Assembly (NCBI GenBank): GCA_047630275.1
Contig: JBLHVN010000002.1
Location: forward strand, 135,108 to 199,107
Direction: 5' to 3'
Source: Sulfitobacter sp.
GTDB taxonomy: Bacteria; Bdellovibrionota; Bacteriovoracia; Bacteriovoracales; Bacteriovoracaceae
DNA: 64,000 nucleotides
Shown here: in pieces, positions 8,782 through 19,928 of the stretch
Position numbering within the stretch: the stretch's first letter is position 1
Layout: each line of letters starts with the position of its first letter
Translations under genes and position numbers: made by a program
Notes under the pieces: generated by a model
Database searches by the model: none
What the model was told of the DNA's origin: nothing
What the model saw: only the letters and a program-made list of their open reading frames with translations

Positions 8782-11001
8782 CTAGAGTCCCGCAAGGATA
8801 GAATTAAAGGTCTCACTAGGTCTCATGGCCATAGAAACTTTAGTTTGATCAGGTCTATAGTATCCACCCATATCAATTTTAACCCCTTGGGCATTATTAA
8901 GTTCACTTACAATCTTTGCTTCATGCTCACTTAAGCTATTGGCAATAGGACTAAAGGTTTTCTTAAGATCCGCATCTTCATCTTGAGAAGCTAAGGCCTC
9001 TGCCCAAAAGCGGGCTAAGAAGTAGTGAGAGCCACGGTTATCAAGCTCATTTACTTTTCTTGAGGGTGACTTATTTTCTTTAAGAAACTTACTATTAGCA
9101 GCATCAAGGGCGCGTCCTAAGACCTGCGCTTTTTTATTATTTGTTTTCTCGCCTAGTTCTTCTATTGAAACAGAAAGAGCTAAAAATTCTCCAAGAGAAT
9201 CCCAACGAAGATGATTCTCTTCGGCAAACTGCTGAACATGTTTTGGAGCAGAACCACCGGCACCAGTTTCATAAAGTCCCCCTCCAGCGAGTAGAGGAAC
9301 AATCGATAGCATCTTAGCTGACGTTCCAAGTTCAAGAATGGGAAAAAGATCTGTTAGGTAATCTCTTAAAACGTTTCCAGTTACGGAAATTGTATCAAGA
9401 CCTTTTTTTACTCTCTCAAGAGTGTACTCACAAGCCTCAAGAGGAGCGAGGACCTTAATCTCTAATCCATTTGTGTCGTGGTCTTTTAAATAGGTATTTA
9501 CCTTAGTGATAAGATTAGCATCGTGGGCGCGCTTTTCATCAAGCCAGAAGATGGCCGGGTTAGAAGTGGCCTTGGCCCTCTTAACACCAAGCTTTACCCA
9601 GTCTTTAATAGCAACGTCTTTTGTTTGGCACATTCTCCAAACATCACCGGCTTCTACCTTATGCTCCATTAAAACTGATCCAGATTCATCCACAACTTGA
9701 ACAGTTCCCGCTTCTTCAATCCAAAAGGTCTTATCATGTGATCCGTATTCTTCAGCTTTCTTGGCCATAAGACCAACGTTCGCTACGTTCCCCATTGTCG
9801 TTACGTCAAAAGCCCCATTTTTCTTACAAAAATCAATAGTCGCTTGATAAATACCCGCATAACAACGATCAGGAATAATAGCTTTTGTATCATGAAGTTT
9901 TCCGTCGGTTCCCCACATCTTCCCTGAAGAGCGGATCATCGCTGGCATAGATGCATCGATGATCACATCACTTGGAACATGAAAGTTAGTGATTCCTTTA
10001 TCTGAATCAACCATAGCGACAGCAGGACGGTCTTTATAACAGGCCATGATGGCCGATTCGATTTCTGTTCTTTGCGCTTCAGGAAGTTTTGCAATCTTTG
10101 CATAAACATCCCCTAGTCCATTTCTTGCATCAACGCCAATCTCTTCAAAGGTTGAGGCGTATTTTTCAAAGACATCTTTATAATAAACCTTAACTCCTTC
10201 ACCAAAAATTATAGGATCAGAGACTTTCATCATAGTGGCTTTCATATGCATTGATAAAAGCACCCCTTGCTCTTTAGCATCAGTGATTTCTTTTTCAAGA
10301 AAGCTACGTAGGGCCTTAACACTCATTCTGCTTGAGTCGATAACTTCATCTTTAAGAAGTGCAGTAGATTCTTTGAGAACCTTAGTTCCTGAAGCTGAAA
10401 CTAGCTGAATCTTTACTTTCATATCTTTATCGCAAATATGAGAGAGTTCGCTTCCGTAGAAATCATCTCCGCTCATATGGGCCACATGAGATTTTGAACT
10501 GCTCTCCCAAGCCCCCATAGAATGAGGGTTATCTTTTGCGTATTGCTTAACAGGAGCGGCCACTCTCCTATCAGAGTTTCCTTCACGAAGAACCGGGTTC
10601 ACCGCTGAGCCTAAACATTTAGCATAACGAGCACGGCTTTCAATTTCTTCAGCTGTCTTTGGTTCTTCAGGAAAGTCTGGAATATTATAACCAAGTTTTT
10701 TTAATTCACTGATGGCCTCTTTTAATTGAGGGATGGAAGCTGAGATATTAGGCAGCTTAACAATATTAGCTTCTGGAGTTTTAGCAAGCTCTCCAAGTTC
10801 TGAAAGATGATCCCCTACTCTTTGATCACTTGTTAGATTCTCAGGAAAGTGAGCTAAGATCCTAGCTCCTAAAGAGATATCTCTTGTCTCAACTTCAATA
10901 CCTGCTTTTTTAGTAAAGGCTTCAACAATAGGTAAGAGAGACCAAGTGGCTAAGGCCGGTGCTTCGTCGGTAATAGTATAAATAATCTTCGAATTAGACA
11001 T
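8782..11001 (-). CDS. icd: Monomeric NADP-dependent isocitrate dehydrogenase
   Basis: 739 aa. The N-terminus [23 protein letters not shown] is the hallmark of the monomeric IDH family, and the length fits. Confidence 0.93.
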   Translation of the reverse strand: MSNSKIIYTITDEAPALATWSLLPIVEAFTKKAGIEVETRDISLGARILAHFPENLTSDQRVGDHLSELGELAKTPEANIVKLPNISASIPQLKEAISELKKLGYNIPDFPEEPKTAEEIESRARYAKCLGSAVNPVLREGNSDRRVAAPVKQYAKDNPHSMGAWESSSKSHVAHMSGDDFYGSELSHICDKDMKVKIQLVSASGTKVLKESTALLKDEVIDSSRMSVKALRSFLEKEITDAKEQGVLLSMHMKATMMKVSDPIIFGEGVKVYYKDVFEKYASTFEEIGVDARNGLGDVYAKIAKLPEAQRTEIESAIMACYKDRPAVAMVDSDKGITNFHVPSDVIIDASMPAMIRSSGKMWGTDGKLHDTKAIIPDRCYAGIYQATIDFCKKNGAFDVTTMGNVANVGLMAKKAEEYGSHDKTFWIEEAGTVQVVDESGSVLMEHKVEAGDVWRMCQTKDVAIKDWVKLGVKRAKATSNPAIFWLDEKRAHDANLITKVNTYLKDHDTNGLEIKVLAPLEACEYTLERVKKGLDTISVTGNVLRDYLTDLFPILELGTSAKMLSIVPLLAGGGLYETGAGGSAPKHVQQFAEENHLRWDSLGEFLALSVSIEELGEKTNNKKAQVLGRALDAANSKFLKENKSPSRKVNELDNRGSHYFLARFWAEALASQDEDADLKKTFSPIANSLSEHEAKIVSELNNAQGVKIDMGGYYRPDQTKVSMAMRPSETFNSILAGL

Positions 11002-11173
11002 GAGTTACTTCCTGCGTTAAGAATCTTTTATTGTGGGCGCTAGAATAGCTCAAAACCCCCTCTAGATAAAGGCTCGCGCGTCGAATTCAGGCTTAAGATT
11101 TTCACAGAAAATTTACAATAATATCGTAGCTATTTTTCAAGCCCGGCGTATGATGTTTGCAAAGGAGGTTCTT

Positions 11174-11527
11174 ATGAACTTAAAGATTTCATATCATCAT
11201 TTAGAATCAACACCATCAATTGATTCAAAAGTAACCGAGAAGGCTGCTCACCTAAAGAAGTACTTTGATGGAAAGATCGACGTGAATTGGGTTTGTTCTG
11301 TAGAACGTGATCGCCATAAAAGTGAAGTCAATGTTCATGCTGGAAAGTTTCACTTTCACGCAGAAGCTGAGGACGATAACCTTTATAAAACTTTAGATGA
11401 TGTACTTCAAAAGATTGAAAGACAGGTTTCTAAGAAAAGCGACATTGTTAAAGATAAGATTCACCGTCAAAGAACTGATGTTGATAGCTTGCTCGTTGAA
11501 AAATCAGACGACGAAGACGACTATTAA
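11174..11527 (+). CDS. hpf: Ribosome hibernation promoting factor / RaiA family
   Basis: AAGGAGG lies before the ATG at 11174. MNLKISYHHLESTPSIDSKVTEKAAHLKKYF plus an acidic tail. Confidence 0.8.
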   Translation: MNLKISYHHLESTPSIDSKVTEKAAHLKKYFDGKIDVNWVCSVERDRHKSEVNVHAGKFHFHAEAEDDNLYKTLDDVLQKIERQVSKKSDIVKDKIHRQRTDVDSLLVEKSDDEDDY

Positions 11528-11537
11528 ATAAGTCTCA

Positions 11538-12071
11538 TCAGAGTTGATTGTCGTAGTAATAAAAGGCTGCGACAATCAAGGCGTGGTTGATCTCACCAGA
11601 TTTAATCAACTCATCAATTTCTTTTTTAGAATACTCTAAGACTTCAATTTCCTCACAGGGATCTAGCTCTTGGTCCTCAGTTCTCTTGGCATCTAAAGCT
11701 AAATAGGTATAACAAAGGTTTGTTTGAAAAGCTGGGTTTGGTTCTACTTTTCCAATAAGTTTAAACTCTGAAGCCGTATAGCCAGATTCTTCTCTCAGTT
11801 CCCTAGCCGCTGCGGTTTTAGGGTCCTCACCAGCGTCGATGGCTCCCCCTGGTAATTCTAAGGTCACCCTATCTGTACCATTTCTATACTGACGGGCCAT
11901 GACGATCTTCCCTTCTTCGGTAACAGCAACAACATTTACCCAATGAGCGAAACTAAGAACATCAAACTCACCTTCAGCCCCAGTGTCCGGAGATTTTCTT
12001 GTGACCTTTCTATAACGAAAGATAACTCCTGATTTCATTTCTTCTTTTTTGATAGTCGACCATTTTTCCAT
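11538..12071 (-). CDS. NUDIX hydrolase (ADP-ribose pyrophosphatase-like)
   Basis: Nudix box GGAIDAGEDPKTAAARELREESGY. Confidence 0.85.
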   Translation of the reverse strand: MEKWSTIKKEEMKSGVIFRYRKVTRKSPDTGAEGEFDVLSFAHWVNVVAVTEEGKIVMARQYRNGTDRVTLELPGGAIDAGEDPKTAAARELREESGYTASEFKLIGKVEPNPAFQTNLCYTYLALDAKRTEDQELDPCEEIEVLEYSKKEIDELIKSGEINHALIVAAFYYYDNQL

Positions 12072-12226
12072 AGAGGCATTTTAGTAGGCCAAAAGCTTCT
12101 TGCACAGGTCGATGTAAAAGAACCCCTACCTAAAATAAGTTAAGTAACTGAAATTATGGTGTAAGATTAAGTTAGACAAGACTTATTTAGTTTGGCGCCA
12201 CCTCCGAATTTACATACAATCCTATA

Positions 12227-12472
12227 ATGGAAAAAATAATCGAACCTAGAGATTTAGAAATTGAACAACAGCGAGAGATCGTCAATGAAATGCTCGAGAC
12301 CATTAATTCAAATGATCCGACTTTTTATTATATGAACACCTCTGATGTGGCAGATTTGATTTTTAAACAAATCAACACACCTGGGGCTCTTCCTACTCAA
12401 AAACTCAAGACTGTTAAGACCTTAGACAGAAGAGGAATTCAGATTCTTCTCAGCTATAAAAAAGCAGTCTAA
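12227..12472 (+). CDS. Hypothetical protein
   Basis: 81-aa ORF with no recognisable motif. Confidence 0.35.
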   Translation: MEKIIEPRDLEIEQQREIVNEMLETINSNDPTFYYMNTSDVADLIFKQINTPGALPTQKLKTVKTLDRRGIQILLSYKKAV

Positions 12473-12566
12473 AGACGAGACCAACCCTGTAGATTTTTCA
12501 AATCCTCCCACCTAGGCGGGTTTTCACGTAATAATGCCCTCGAACCATTATAAGCGAGAGCCACAC

Positions 12567-12932
12567 ATGAAAAATCTATTTATTTTTTTATCACTAGTTT
12601 TATCAATTTCTGCAACTGCCAATACTATCGACTATAGTCTTCAAGACTCTCTTCAAGAGGGAAAGGTTGAAGCTGCTTATTTAGATATGTTAAGTGTTAA
12701 ACTTACTAATGCAGACCTTGCCTTTGAAACCAAAGCATCTAACTTACCTGAGCCACTTGATGTTGTTGAAGGAAAGATCATTGCAGCTATGATTAATATG
12801 ATCGAAGGTGAGATTGAAAAGGCCTATGCTCTTTATAGAGCTCTTGAAAATGCTGATTCAATTGATGATGCTTCAACTAAGAAGCTTAGAGACCAGATTT
12901 CTTTAATCAATAGATTAGTAATCGAGCTTTAA
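12567..12932 (+). CDS. Small secreted protein
   Basis: The internal ATG gives signal peptide MKNLFIFLSLVLSISATA. Confidence 0.45.
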   Translation: MKNLFIFLSLVLSISATANTIDYSLQDSLQEGKVEAAYLDMLSVKLTNADLAFETKASNLPEPLDVVEGKIIAAMINMIEGEIEKAYALYRALENADSIDDASTKKLRDQISLINRLVIEL

Positions 12933-12933
12933 T

Positions 12934-13908
12934 CTAAGCAGCTAAATCACTTTGTGCAGGTACTGGTTTTGGTGCCTGCGCTTCTACTGGCTTTTTCTGA
13001 TACTTTAGGTAACTAACAGCCGCTCCGTAGAAGAATGAACAGTTCAAAAAATAAACCCATAAGACAGCGATGATAAGAGTATAGAAGTTTCCATAACTTT
13101 GGGTCATGGTGTCTTTCGAATAAAGTAAGTAAACCCAGTAAAAGGATTTTCCGGCCATAAAGCAACCTACAAAGGCGGCAGCTCCAGTAAGAGAGTCTCT
13201 CCAGCGGACCGCGATAGGAGAGGCAAACTTATAGAAGGCGGTAAAAAACCCCAATGATAAAAGAGCAGGAAGAAAACTTCCCCCCAAGATAAATTTTGTA
13301 AATGAATTTACGGTTTCACTATCAGAGCTTAGTAAACTCATCATAAAGGCCTTGTTCGACAGGGCCAGTAACGAGAAGATAAAACTTGAGACTACAACAC
13401 CAACACCCATTGAGCGAAGATCTTCAACTAAGAACCCTCCTCTGCTTTGTTTCTTAGCAATGGTATTAAGCCCAAACATTAAGGAGCTGATTACTCCTAA
13501 GCAGGCGTAGAGAAGAAGCCCAGAATTAACCAGGTTAAACCCAGGGTTTTTAAGCTGCCCATCAATGATCTTTGAGACGCTTTCAATAATCCAAGGAGCA
13601 AGTCCTGGGACATTACTTTCAACAAGGCTTAATACATATTCCTTAGATTCAATAGGATCTCCAATAAAGTAGCCTGTTAGGCTAATCATAAGCAGAAGTA
13701 CGGGGCCAAAAGAGAGCATGCAATAAAAGGTTGCAGAGCCCGCCACCATCTCGCCTTTTCTTTTCTTAAATAAAAACAGACCATCAAGAAGCCTGTTAAC
13801 AACGACCTTTATGGTTCGGTGGGTCTTCTGCTCAATCCCTTCACCTAACTTTGTGATGATTGGACTTGGCTTTGTCTTATTCGCTGGTAGTTGTTCTGGC
13901 TCGTGCAT
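12934..13908 (-). CDS. YihY/BrkB family membrane protein
   Basis: GSATFYCMLSFGPVLLLMISL followed by about six TM segments, which is the typical YihY layout. Confidence 0.7.
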   Translation of the reverse strand: MHEPEQLPANKTKPSPIITKLGEGIEQKTHRTIKVVVNRLLDGLFLFKKRKGEMVAGSATFYCMLSFGPVLLLMISLTGYFIGDPIESKEYVLSLVESNVPGLAPWIIESVSKIIDGQLKNPGFNLVNSGLLLYACLGVISSLMFGLNTIAKKQSRGGFLVEDLRSMGVGVVVSSFIFSLLALSNKAFMMSLLSSDSETVNSFTKFILGGSFLPALLSLGFFTAFYKFASPIAVRWRDSLTGAAAFVGCFMAGKSFYWVYLLYSKDTMTQSYGNFYTLIIAVLWVYFLNCSFFYGAAVSYLKYQKKPVEAQAPKPVPAQSDLAA

Positions 13909-14031
13909 CTGGATTTCCTCTTAATCTCTTATCGGTAATAAACAAAAAGACTCAAGTAATTTCTGTGCCGCTATCTAGCTGTTATTCCATGATTTTTCGC
14001 GAGATTCTTAACTTAATGATAGAATGCTCTC

Positions 14032-14829
14032 ATGCGAATCTTACTGATCTTTACTCTTTTTCTACCCCTAAGCCTGATGGCCGATATCTCTGACTTTAAC
14101 AGCCTTTGTAAAAGCTCCTTATCACCAGCTTTGCACAATAAGACTTGTGATCGTCTGAGCGATCTCCTCTTTAAAGGTGATAAGAAATCTCCTTCGGCAC
14201 TGATTACTCCTAAAGCTATAGGAGCCCCAAGTTTTTCCATCGATAAAAAGATCCTTTTTATGGTCTTTAATGACCCGAATTACTTTCCAGCCGTTTCTTA
14301 TTGCTACTTTGTTTTCAGAGGTTGGCTAAACCCAGGGCAAGTCACTCCAGATAAATTAGGAATGGAGAGCACTGGATTTTCAATCTTAAATGAAGACCTA
14401 CAAGGATATAAGCTTTGGCTAGATAAAGATAAAAAGGGCAAGGCCTGCCAAGGTAGGATTGAAAAAGAATCAGGGGTTCCTCTTACTGATCTCGTCTCTT
14501 CTATGAAAGGCTATCACGCCATCGTAGGGCTTAATCCTTTTGCTTCCATTAGACAGCAAGGGGGCGATTATGAAAAAGTTGTTGATGACCTAGCTCTCAC
14601 ATTGAATCATGAAAGGATTCACGCTCTTCAAGTGGCTTGTGAAAAGCTTGATCTTTATGGAATGCAAGAATGGTCTAAGATAGGTGGTCCTGCTCAACAT
14701 AAGTTTGCCGCAAAGTACCCAAGTTATAATTGGCGGGATATCAAAGTTGCAGGAAGAGAATATATAGCATTTCTCTATGAAAGAAATCCTAAGAAGGTTA
14801 TTGAGCTAGCTAAGGACTGTCCTTACTAA
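14032..14829 (+). CDS. Secreted hypothetical protein with an HExxH motif
   Basis: Signal peptide MRILLIFTLFLPLSLMA. It contains LNHERIHALQ (an HExxH motif), but I recognise no wider zincin family. Confidence 0.45.
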   Translation: MRILLIFTLFLPLSLMADISDFNSLCKSSLSPALHNKTCDRLSDLLFKGDKKSPSALITPKAIGAPSFSIDKKILFMVFNDPNYFPAVSYCYFVFRGWLNPGQVTPDKLGMESTGFSILNEDLQGYKLWLDKDKKGKACQGRIEKESGVPLTDLVSSMKGYHAIVGLNPFASIRQQGGDYEKVVDDLALTLNHERIHALQVACEKLDLYGMQEWSKIGGPAQHKFAAKYPSYNWRDIKVAGREYIAFLYERNPKKVIELAKDCPY

Positions 14830-15455
14830 GCCTTAAACTTAACATCATCAATCAGTTCTTGAGTGATGATTTTCTTTTCTGGAAAGAGCATGGCCGTTAG
14901 GTGACCCCCCTCATAAAAGACACCTGAATCAATATTGGCAAAGTCCTCTCCTAAAAGAGCTCCTTCGCGCTGAGGAGTATGACCAAAAACATTATAAAAC
15001 CCTTTTGGTGAACTGGGGGTTAGTCTGTTCCACATAAGAGAATGCTTAAACTCATCCCCTTCTTGGTCTAGGTCCCAAACCGGTCCTGCTGAAGAGTGGC
15101 TGATAAGAAGCGCCCTATCTTCTTCATCTTTTAGTTCTGGGAAGCTTATAAAATAGGGAAGCTCCTTGAACCATTTCTGATCATCCTCCCAACCTTTTTC
15201 GTCGTTGCTGTAAGAAGAGAAGGTTTGCATTCCACCATGCTTTAACCAATCATGAGTATTGTTCATAGACATGTCTTCATGATTTCCAATAACACATCGA
15301 TGATTATTTTCGCGTACAAACTTAACGACATCTCTACTTAGTGGACCGCGGTCAATAAGGTCTCCGACAAAGGAGATATTTCTGTCCTTTGGAAGCTTAT
15401 CGATAAGGGCCATCAGAGTCTTAAAACATCCATGTACATCGCCAATAATTATCAT
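14826..15455 (-). CDS. Metallophosphoesterase (PPP-family Ser/Thr phosphatase or ApaH-like)
   Basis: Motifs GDVHG, GDLIDRGP and GNHE. Confidence 0.85.
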   Translation of the reverse strand: MIIIGDVHGCFKTLMALIDKLPKDRNISFVGDLIDRGPLSRDVVKFVRENNHRCVIGNHEDMSMNNTHDWLKHGGMQTFSSYSNDEKGWEDDQKWFKELPYFISFPELKDEEDRALLISHSSAGPVWDLDQEGDEFKHSLMWNRLTPSSPKGFYNVFGHTPQREGALLGEDFANIDSGVFYEGGHLTAMLFPEKKIITQELIDDVKFKA

Positions 15456-15495
15456 AGGCTAATGCTACCTTAACTAAAAAATATTGTGTAGTTTT

Positions 15496-15933
15496 TTAGA
15501 ATTCTAATCGGTGAGTTTCATACTCAAGTTTTGACTTCTTGAAGCCATGCTTCATATAAAAGGCAGAAGCTCCTTCATCATTAGTTCGAAGCCTAAGCAC
15601 TTTAAAATGCTCTTTGGCCTCTTCGATGATCTCTTCTAAAAGAATAGACCCTATAGTGAGTCCTCGAAATTCAGGATGAACATAAAGATGCCTGACTCTT
15701 CCTATTTTAGGATCATCGGCGTAGGGGTCCTTATTAAGGCCACATATCCCTACGGCCTTAGACCCTTCAACGGCGACGACATGAGTCTCTCCTTCTTTAT
15801 CAAATTGATTTTCCCCAGAGTTCCACTCAGTCTTTAACCTCTTTAAGAACTCGTGACCTTCTTTTAATGACTCTTCTAAGAGTTCATCAAAGTCTTCTGT
15901 AAGGGCAGTAAAATATCCTAATCTAAGATCCAA
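15496..15933 (-). CDS. GNAT family N-acetyltransferase
   Basis: VRHLYVHPEFRGLTIGSILLEE (acetyl-CoA binding motif A). Its start abuts the RND stop. Confidence 0.8.
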   Translation of the reverse strand: MDLRLGYFTALTEDFDELLEESLKEGHEFLKRLKTEWNSGENQFDKEGETHVVAVEGSKAVGICGLNKDPYADDPKIGRVRHLYVHPEFRGLTIGSILLEEIIEEAKEHFKVLRLRTNDEGASAFYMKHGFKKSKLEYETHRLEF

Positions 15934-18900
15934 TTAAGCTTCCTTTGCCGAAAAACTATAAAGGCACGGTATAAGGACTAATGTAAAGACAGTCCCGATA
16001 GCAAGGCCCCAGCCCATGGTTAACATCATCTCAGCCAGCATGGAGTCATAGCCAGCAAGACCATAAGCCGTAGGAAGAATACCTACCACAGTGGTTAAGG
16101 TAGTTACAAGAACAGGTCTTAACCTACTAGCTGAAATATCAGCGATGGCCTTTAAACTTCTATCATGATTATTCTCAAACATATCTATCATAACAATGGA
16201 GTCATTGATGACAACGCCAATCATCCCCAGGGCCCCGATGGCGGCAAAGAAACCATAAACACTCATTCCATGGGCAACTAAGACATAGACAATCCCAGAG
16301 AGCCCAAAGGGAACAACTGCGAGAACTAAAAAGGGCTTTGTTAAAGAGTTAAACATTAAAACGAGGATTAGATAGATCAAGATCACAACCATGATCACAG
16401 AACCTCTAAACTCTCCTTGGCTCTCTCTAGAGTCTTCAATCTCTCCTCTGAACTTTAAGATTGTCGTTGGGTATTTCTTAACGACCTCAGGGAAAACATC
16501 ACTTTCTAATTTTTCTGCGATTTGAAGAGGGGTTACTTTTAACTTCTCATTCTGGTTCGCAAAGATCATCGTGGTTCTTTTATAATTGGTCCTTGAAATG
16601 TTAACCGGGCGCTTGACCTCTTCAATATCAACAATCTTTGAAAGGTAAATAAGTTGACCCGCTTTATTTTCAACTCTTAGGTTTAAAAGCTCACTAAGAT
16701 CATTCTTATCTTTATCAGGTACGCTTAGCCTTACATCGACTTCTTCGTCTCCTTTATTTATTGAATAAAGTATGCTCCCTTCAACAAAAGACCTTAAACT
16801 TGAAGTAACTTTCTCTGGAGCCACATTGTATTTAATCAAGCGGCTCTGAATAAGTTTAAAGAGAAACTCTTTTTTCATAAGAGGTTCTTCAATCTCAACA
16901 TCGACAATATTTGGATCAGCCTTCATGGCCTCAGCTAAGAGGTTTGCGACTTCGGATCTCTTTGCCTCATTATTTTCTTGGATCTGAAGTTCAACGGCAT
17001 TACCAGAGTCATTACCCCATCTCCCCTTTAGGATCTTTACTGAATCGAGTTCTTTAAACTCTTTGGCCTTAGCCTCCCAACGAGCAATAAGCTTTTTAAG
17101 AGGGGTCTTACGGTCATCAGCTGGGTATAACTCAACAAGGATGGAAGCTTCGTTTTCCTTAACTTCTCCTCCTCGTCTTGAAAGACCAATGGTTGATCTA
17201 ACGGCAACGACATCTCCTTTACTATCAATAAAAAGTTGTTCTAATGGAGCGATGGCCTTGGCCGTTTCATGACGGGTCATATCTTTATTTGCTTTAACTT
17301 TAATAAAGACTTCCTCACTTTCTTCTCTTGGGAACATAACGAACTTCATCTTTTTTTCATAAAGAACAGCCCCTCCCGCCAAGGTTACTAAGAAAAATGA
17401 AATCACGATCATCCTGTGATTAAATACCTTTGATAAGAACTTTGAATAGAGTCTTTCGTACTTATAAAACCAGTTCTCTCCCTTGCTAGAAGAGAACTTA
17501 TCAAGAAGCGGCGTCTTTGATGACAGGTGCGCTGGTAAAATAAAAAGAGATTCAACCAATGAACCTAAAAGCATCAAGATCACAACAAGAGGAATAAAGG
17601 CCACAAGCTTTCCAAAGAATCCTTCAAAGAAGATCAAGGGGATAAAGGCAACACAAGTTGTAATAATACTGGCGAGGATGGGCTTGAAGACTTCAGCGGT
17701 TCCATCAACAGAAGCTTGCATAAGGGCTTTACCCTGTTCTCTATGCCTCGCTATATTCTCTGCGATGATAATAGCATCATCCACCACGATCCCTAGCACA
17801 ATGATAATCCCCGCAAGAGTCATATTGTTCACGGTGTAGCCGACCATATTACAAATGATCAAGGTAAAGGCCATGCTAAAAGGAATCCCCATGGCAACCC
17901 AAAAGCCAGACTTTATATCTAAAAAGATAAAGAGCACTAGCATAATAAGGACAAAGCCAATCAGTCCATTTGAAGTGATTATATTTAATCTGTTAGTTAC
18001 GGCAAAAGACTCATCATCCATGATGACAATTTCTAGATTTGAATCCTTCTTATTCTTTCTAAAAGCATCTACAAACTTCATAACGGCAGCTTGCGCCGTT
18101 AAGATATCAGTGGAAACACTTTTTTTAATATTTAAAAAGATCCCTTCTCTTCCGTTGATCTTAAAAATAGAGTTAGATCTTTCAAAGCCATCTTGAATTG
18201 TGGCCAGTTCCTTTAGCTTTATTCCAACCCCTTCGTAGTTTCCTCTAAGGATTAGATTTTCAAGGGAAGTCACATCCTCAAGTTCATTAATGGCCGTAAT
18301 ACGGCTCTCCCCTCTATCTTGAAGGGAACCAATGGGAACGCGAATATTATTAGATTGTATCTGGCTTCGTATCTCCGACAAAGAGAACTGCATCTTTAAG
18401 TTTTCTTTTGGGTTGGCCAAGATCTGAATCTCTGGTTTTCTGTAGTAAGACCTATCAACAGAGCTAATCTCATTTAAAGAAATTAACTGGGACTCAAAAC
18501 TAAGCACCTCTTGCTGAAGCTTGCGTCTTAGATCATCAGTTAAGAATTCAGCATCTTTAAAATAGACACCAATATCCATGATCGCTTTCTCATCACTCTT
18601 AAATTGGCGAACATTTGGTTGATCTCTAACTTCTGAAGGAAGGTCGGCCCTTAAAACGGCATCTTTAATATTTTGAGTGATCTCTCTTTTATCAGGGTAA
18701 CTATCGTCGATGACAATTCTAATGCTTGATCTACTCACACTAGAAGTCGTTACAACTTCATCGATACCAGCAACTCCCTTTAGTTCATCTTCAATGGGCT
18801 TAGTTACAAAGAGCTCAACATCCTCAGCCGGGGCGCCAGGATAAGTAGTGTTTACCCTAATCCAGTTACTGGCAAACTCGGGCATCTCTTCTTTACCAAT

Positions 18901-18996
18901 CTTAGTCCATGTGAAAACGGCAAAGAGGATGGTTCCAAAAAAGAGGACATTTGTGAGGAGGTGGCGGGTCGTAAAATACTGGACGAGGTTTTTCAT
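15934..18996 (-). CDS. RND efflux transporter permease (AcrB/AcrD/AcrF family)
   Basis: 1020 aa with a 12-TM two-lobe architecture. The N-terminus is typical of ACR_tran (..VNTTYPGAPAEDVE..TKPIEDEL). Confidence 0.92.
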   Translation of the reverse strand: MKNLVQYFTTRHLLTNVLFFGTILFAVFTWTKIGKEEMPEFASNWIRVNTTYPGAPAEDVELFVTKPIEDELKGVAGIDEVVTTSSVSRSSIRIVIDDSYPDKREITQNIKDAVLRADLPSEVRDQPNVRQFKSDEKAIMDIGVYFKDAEFLTDDLRRKLQQEVLSFESQLISLNEISSVDRSYYRKPEIQILANPKENLKMQFSLSEIRSQIQSNNIRVPIGSLQDRGESRITAINELEDVTSLENLILRGNYEGVGIKLKELATIQDGFERSNSIFKINGREGIFLNIKKSVSTDILTAQAAVMKFVDAFRKNKKDSNLEIVIMDDESFAVTNRLNIITSNGLIGFVLIMLVLFIFLDIKSGFWVAMGIPFSMAFTLIICNMVGYTVNNMTLAGIIIVLGIVVDDAIIIAENIARHREQGKALMQASVDGTAEVFKPILASIITTCVAFIPLIFFEGFFGKLVAFIPLVVILMLLGSLVESLFILPAHLSSKTPLLDKFSSSKGENWFYKYERLYSKFLSKVFNHRMIVISFFLVTLAGGAVLYEKKMKFVMFPREESEEVFIKVKANKDMTRHETAKAIAPLEQLFIDSKGDVVAVRSTIGLSRRGGEVKENEASILVELYPADDRKTPLKKLIARWEAKAKEFKELDSVKILKGRWGNDSGNAVELQIQENNEAKRSEVANLLAEAMKADPNIVDVEIEEPLMKKEFLFKLIQSRLIKYNVAPEKVTSSLRSFVEGSILYSINKGDEEVDVRLSVPDKDKNDLSELLNLRVENKAGQLIYLSKIVDIEEVKRPVNISRTNYKRTTMIFANQNEKLKVTPLQIAEKLESDVFPEVVKKYPTTILKFRGEIEDSRESQGEFRGSVIMVVILIYLILVLMFNSLTKPFLVLAVVPFGLSGIVYVLVAHGMSVYGFFAAIGALGMIGVVINDSIVMIDMFENNHDRSLKAIADISASRLRPVLVTTLTTVVGILPTAYGLAGYDSMLAEMMLTMGWGLAIGTVFTLVLIPCLYSFSAKEA

Positions 18997-19041
18997 GGCA
19001 GTATTCTAGCCATTTTTTCCTCGAAAATAGTCAATAAATTG

Positions 19042-19809
19042 TTAATTATTCTCAGATATTATTCTTTCACAAAGAGTAGGCTTATTGGTGGTGATGAAGT
19101 CAGCCCCTTTTTTAAGGTATTTTTTGATCTTCTTCTCGGAGTCCTTAGTATAAACCCCAACGAGCTTCGAAGCTTTCTTTAGGCGTTTAACCCGCTTTTT
19201 ATGAATGTACTTCGCGTCAATTCCATCAATTTTATCGATATTTCCGGTGTAACCATACTTTTTTAACAAGATGAGTTTGATCTTATCAAAGAAAGGATCT
19301 TTCTTTCTCTTCTCTAAAACCACCTCTAAGGCCTCCATGCTAAAAGAGATCAGCATTAATCTTTCAGGCCTGTCACCATAGTATTTCTTAATTAAGTCAA
19401 AATCTGAATCTGTGATAAAATCCTTAAGCTCCACAAAAAGAATACTCTCATAGGTCCTCATCAACTTTAGTGAATCTTCAAAAAGAGGAATAGGCTCTCC
19501 ATTTTCTAAAAAACATTTCCCATTGATATCGGAAAGATTTAGTTCATGGACATCTTTGCCTACGGGGCAATCCTTCCCTTTTACTAAACGCTTTAACTTC
19601 TTGTCATGATAGATGATCGTTTTATTGTCTTTAGTATGATGAAGGTCAAACTCAATCCCAGCAGCTCCAGCGATCCCTGCCGCTTCTAGAGCGCTCAAAG
19701 AATTCTCTATTTCTCCATAACCTAGGGCCCTGTGAGAGACGCAGTATGGACCCGCAAGGACCATATTTGAGAGAAAAAGAAGCAATATCGAGGCAGATCT
19801 TAAGTTCAT
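19042..19809 (-). CDS. Secreted glycerophosphodiester phosphodiesterase family protein
   Basis: Has a signal peptide. HRALGYGEIENSLSALEAA..GIEFDLHHTKDNKTIIYHD (GDPD H-R / E-N / E-x-D pattern). Confidence 0.8.
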   Translation of the reverse strand: MNLRSASILLLFLSNMVLAGPYCVSHRALGYGEIENSLSALEAAGIAGAAGIEFDLHHTKDNKTIIYHDKKLKRLVKGKDCPVGKDVHELNLSDINGKCFLENGEPIPLFEDSLKLMRTYESILFVELKDFITDSDFDLIKKYYGDRPERLMLISFSMEALEVVLEKRKKDPFFDKIKLILLKKYGYTGNIDKIDGIDAKYIHKKRVKRLKKASKLVGVYTKDSEKKIKKYLKKGADFITTNKPTLCERIISENN

Positions 19810-19928
19810 GAGTAAGTATTACCAGAAACTAAAAAATTAGCTGCCAAAACGTAATTTTTATAGGCCTTTAAGCCTAAAAATAATACAAATTCCCCCCTCA
19901 GAATGCCTTTTTCTGGCAAGATCTCCCT

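Noticed and set aside
14013-14240. 75-aa minus-strand ORF and 13860..14093 plus-strand ORF around the 14032 gene start.
   Set aside because: They overlap better-supported neighbours (the YihY-family gene and the secreted HExxH protein gene), and they have no RBS.
17037-18196. Antisense and alternative ORFs inside the RND gene (17037, 17063, 17483, 17855).
   Set aside because: They are nested in a 1020-aa ORF with unmistakable AcrB-family features, and they have no independent signals.
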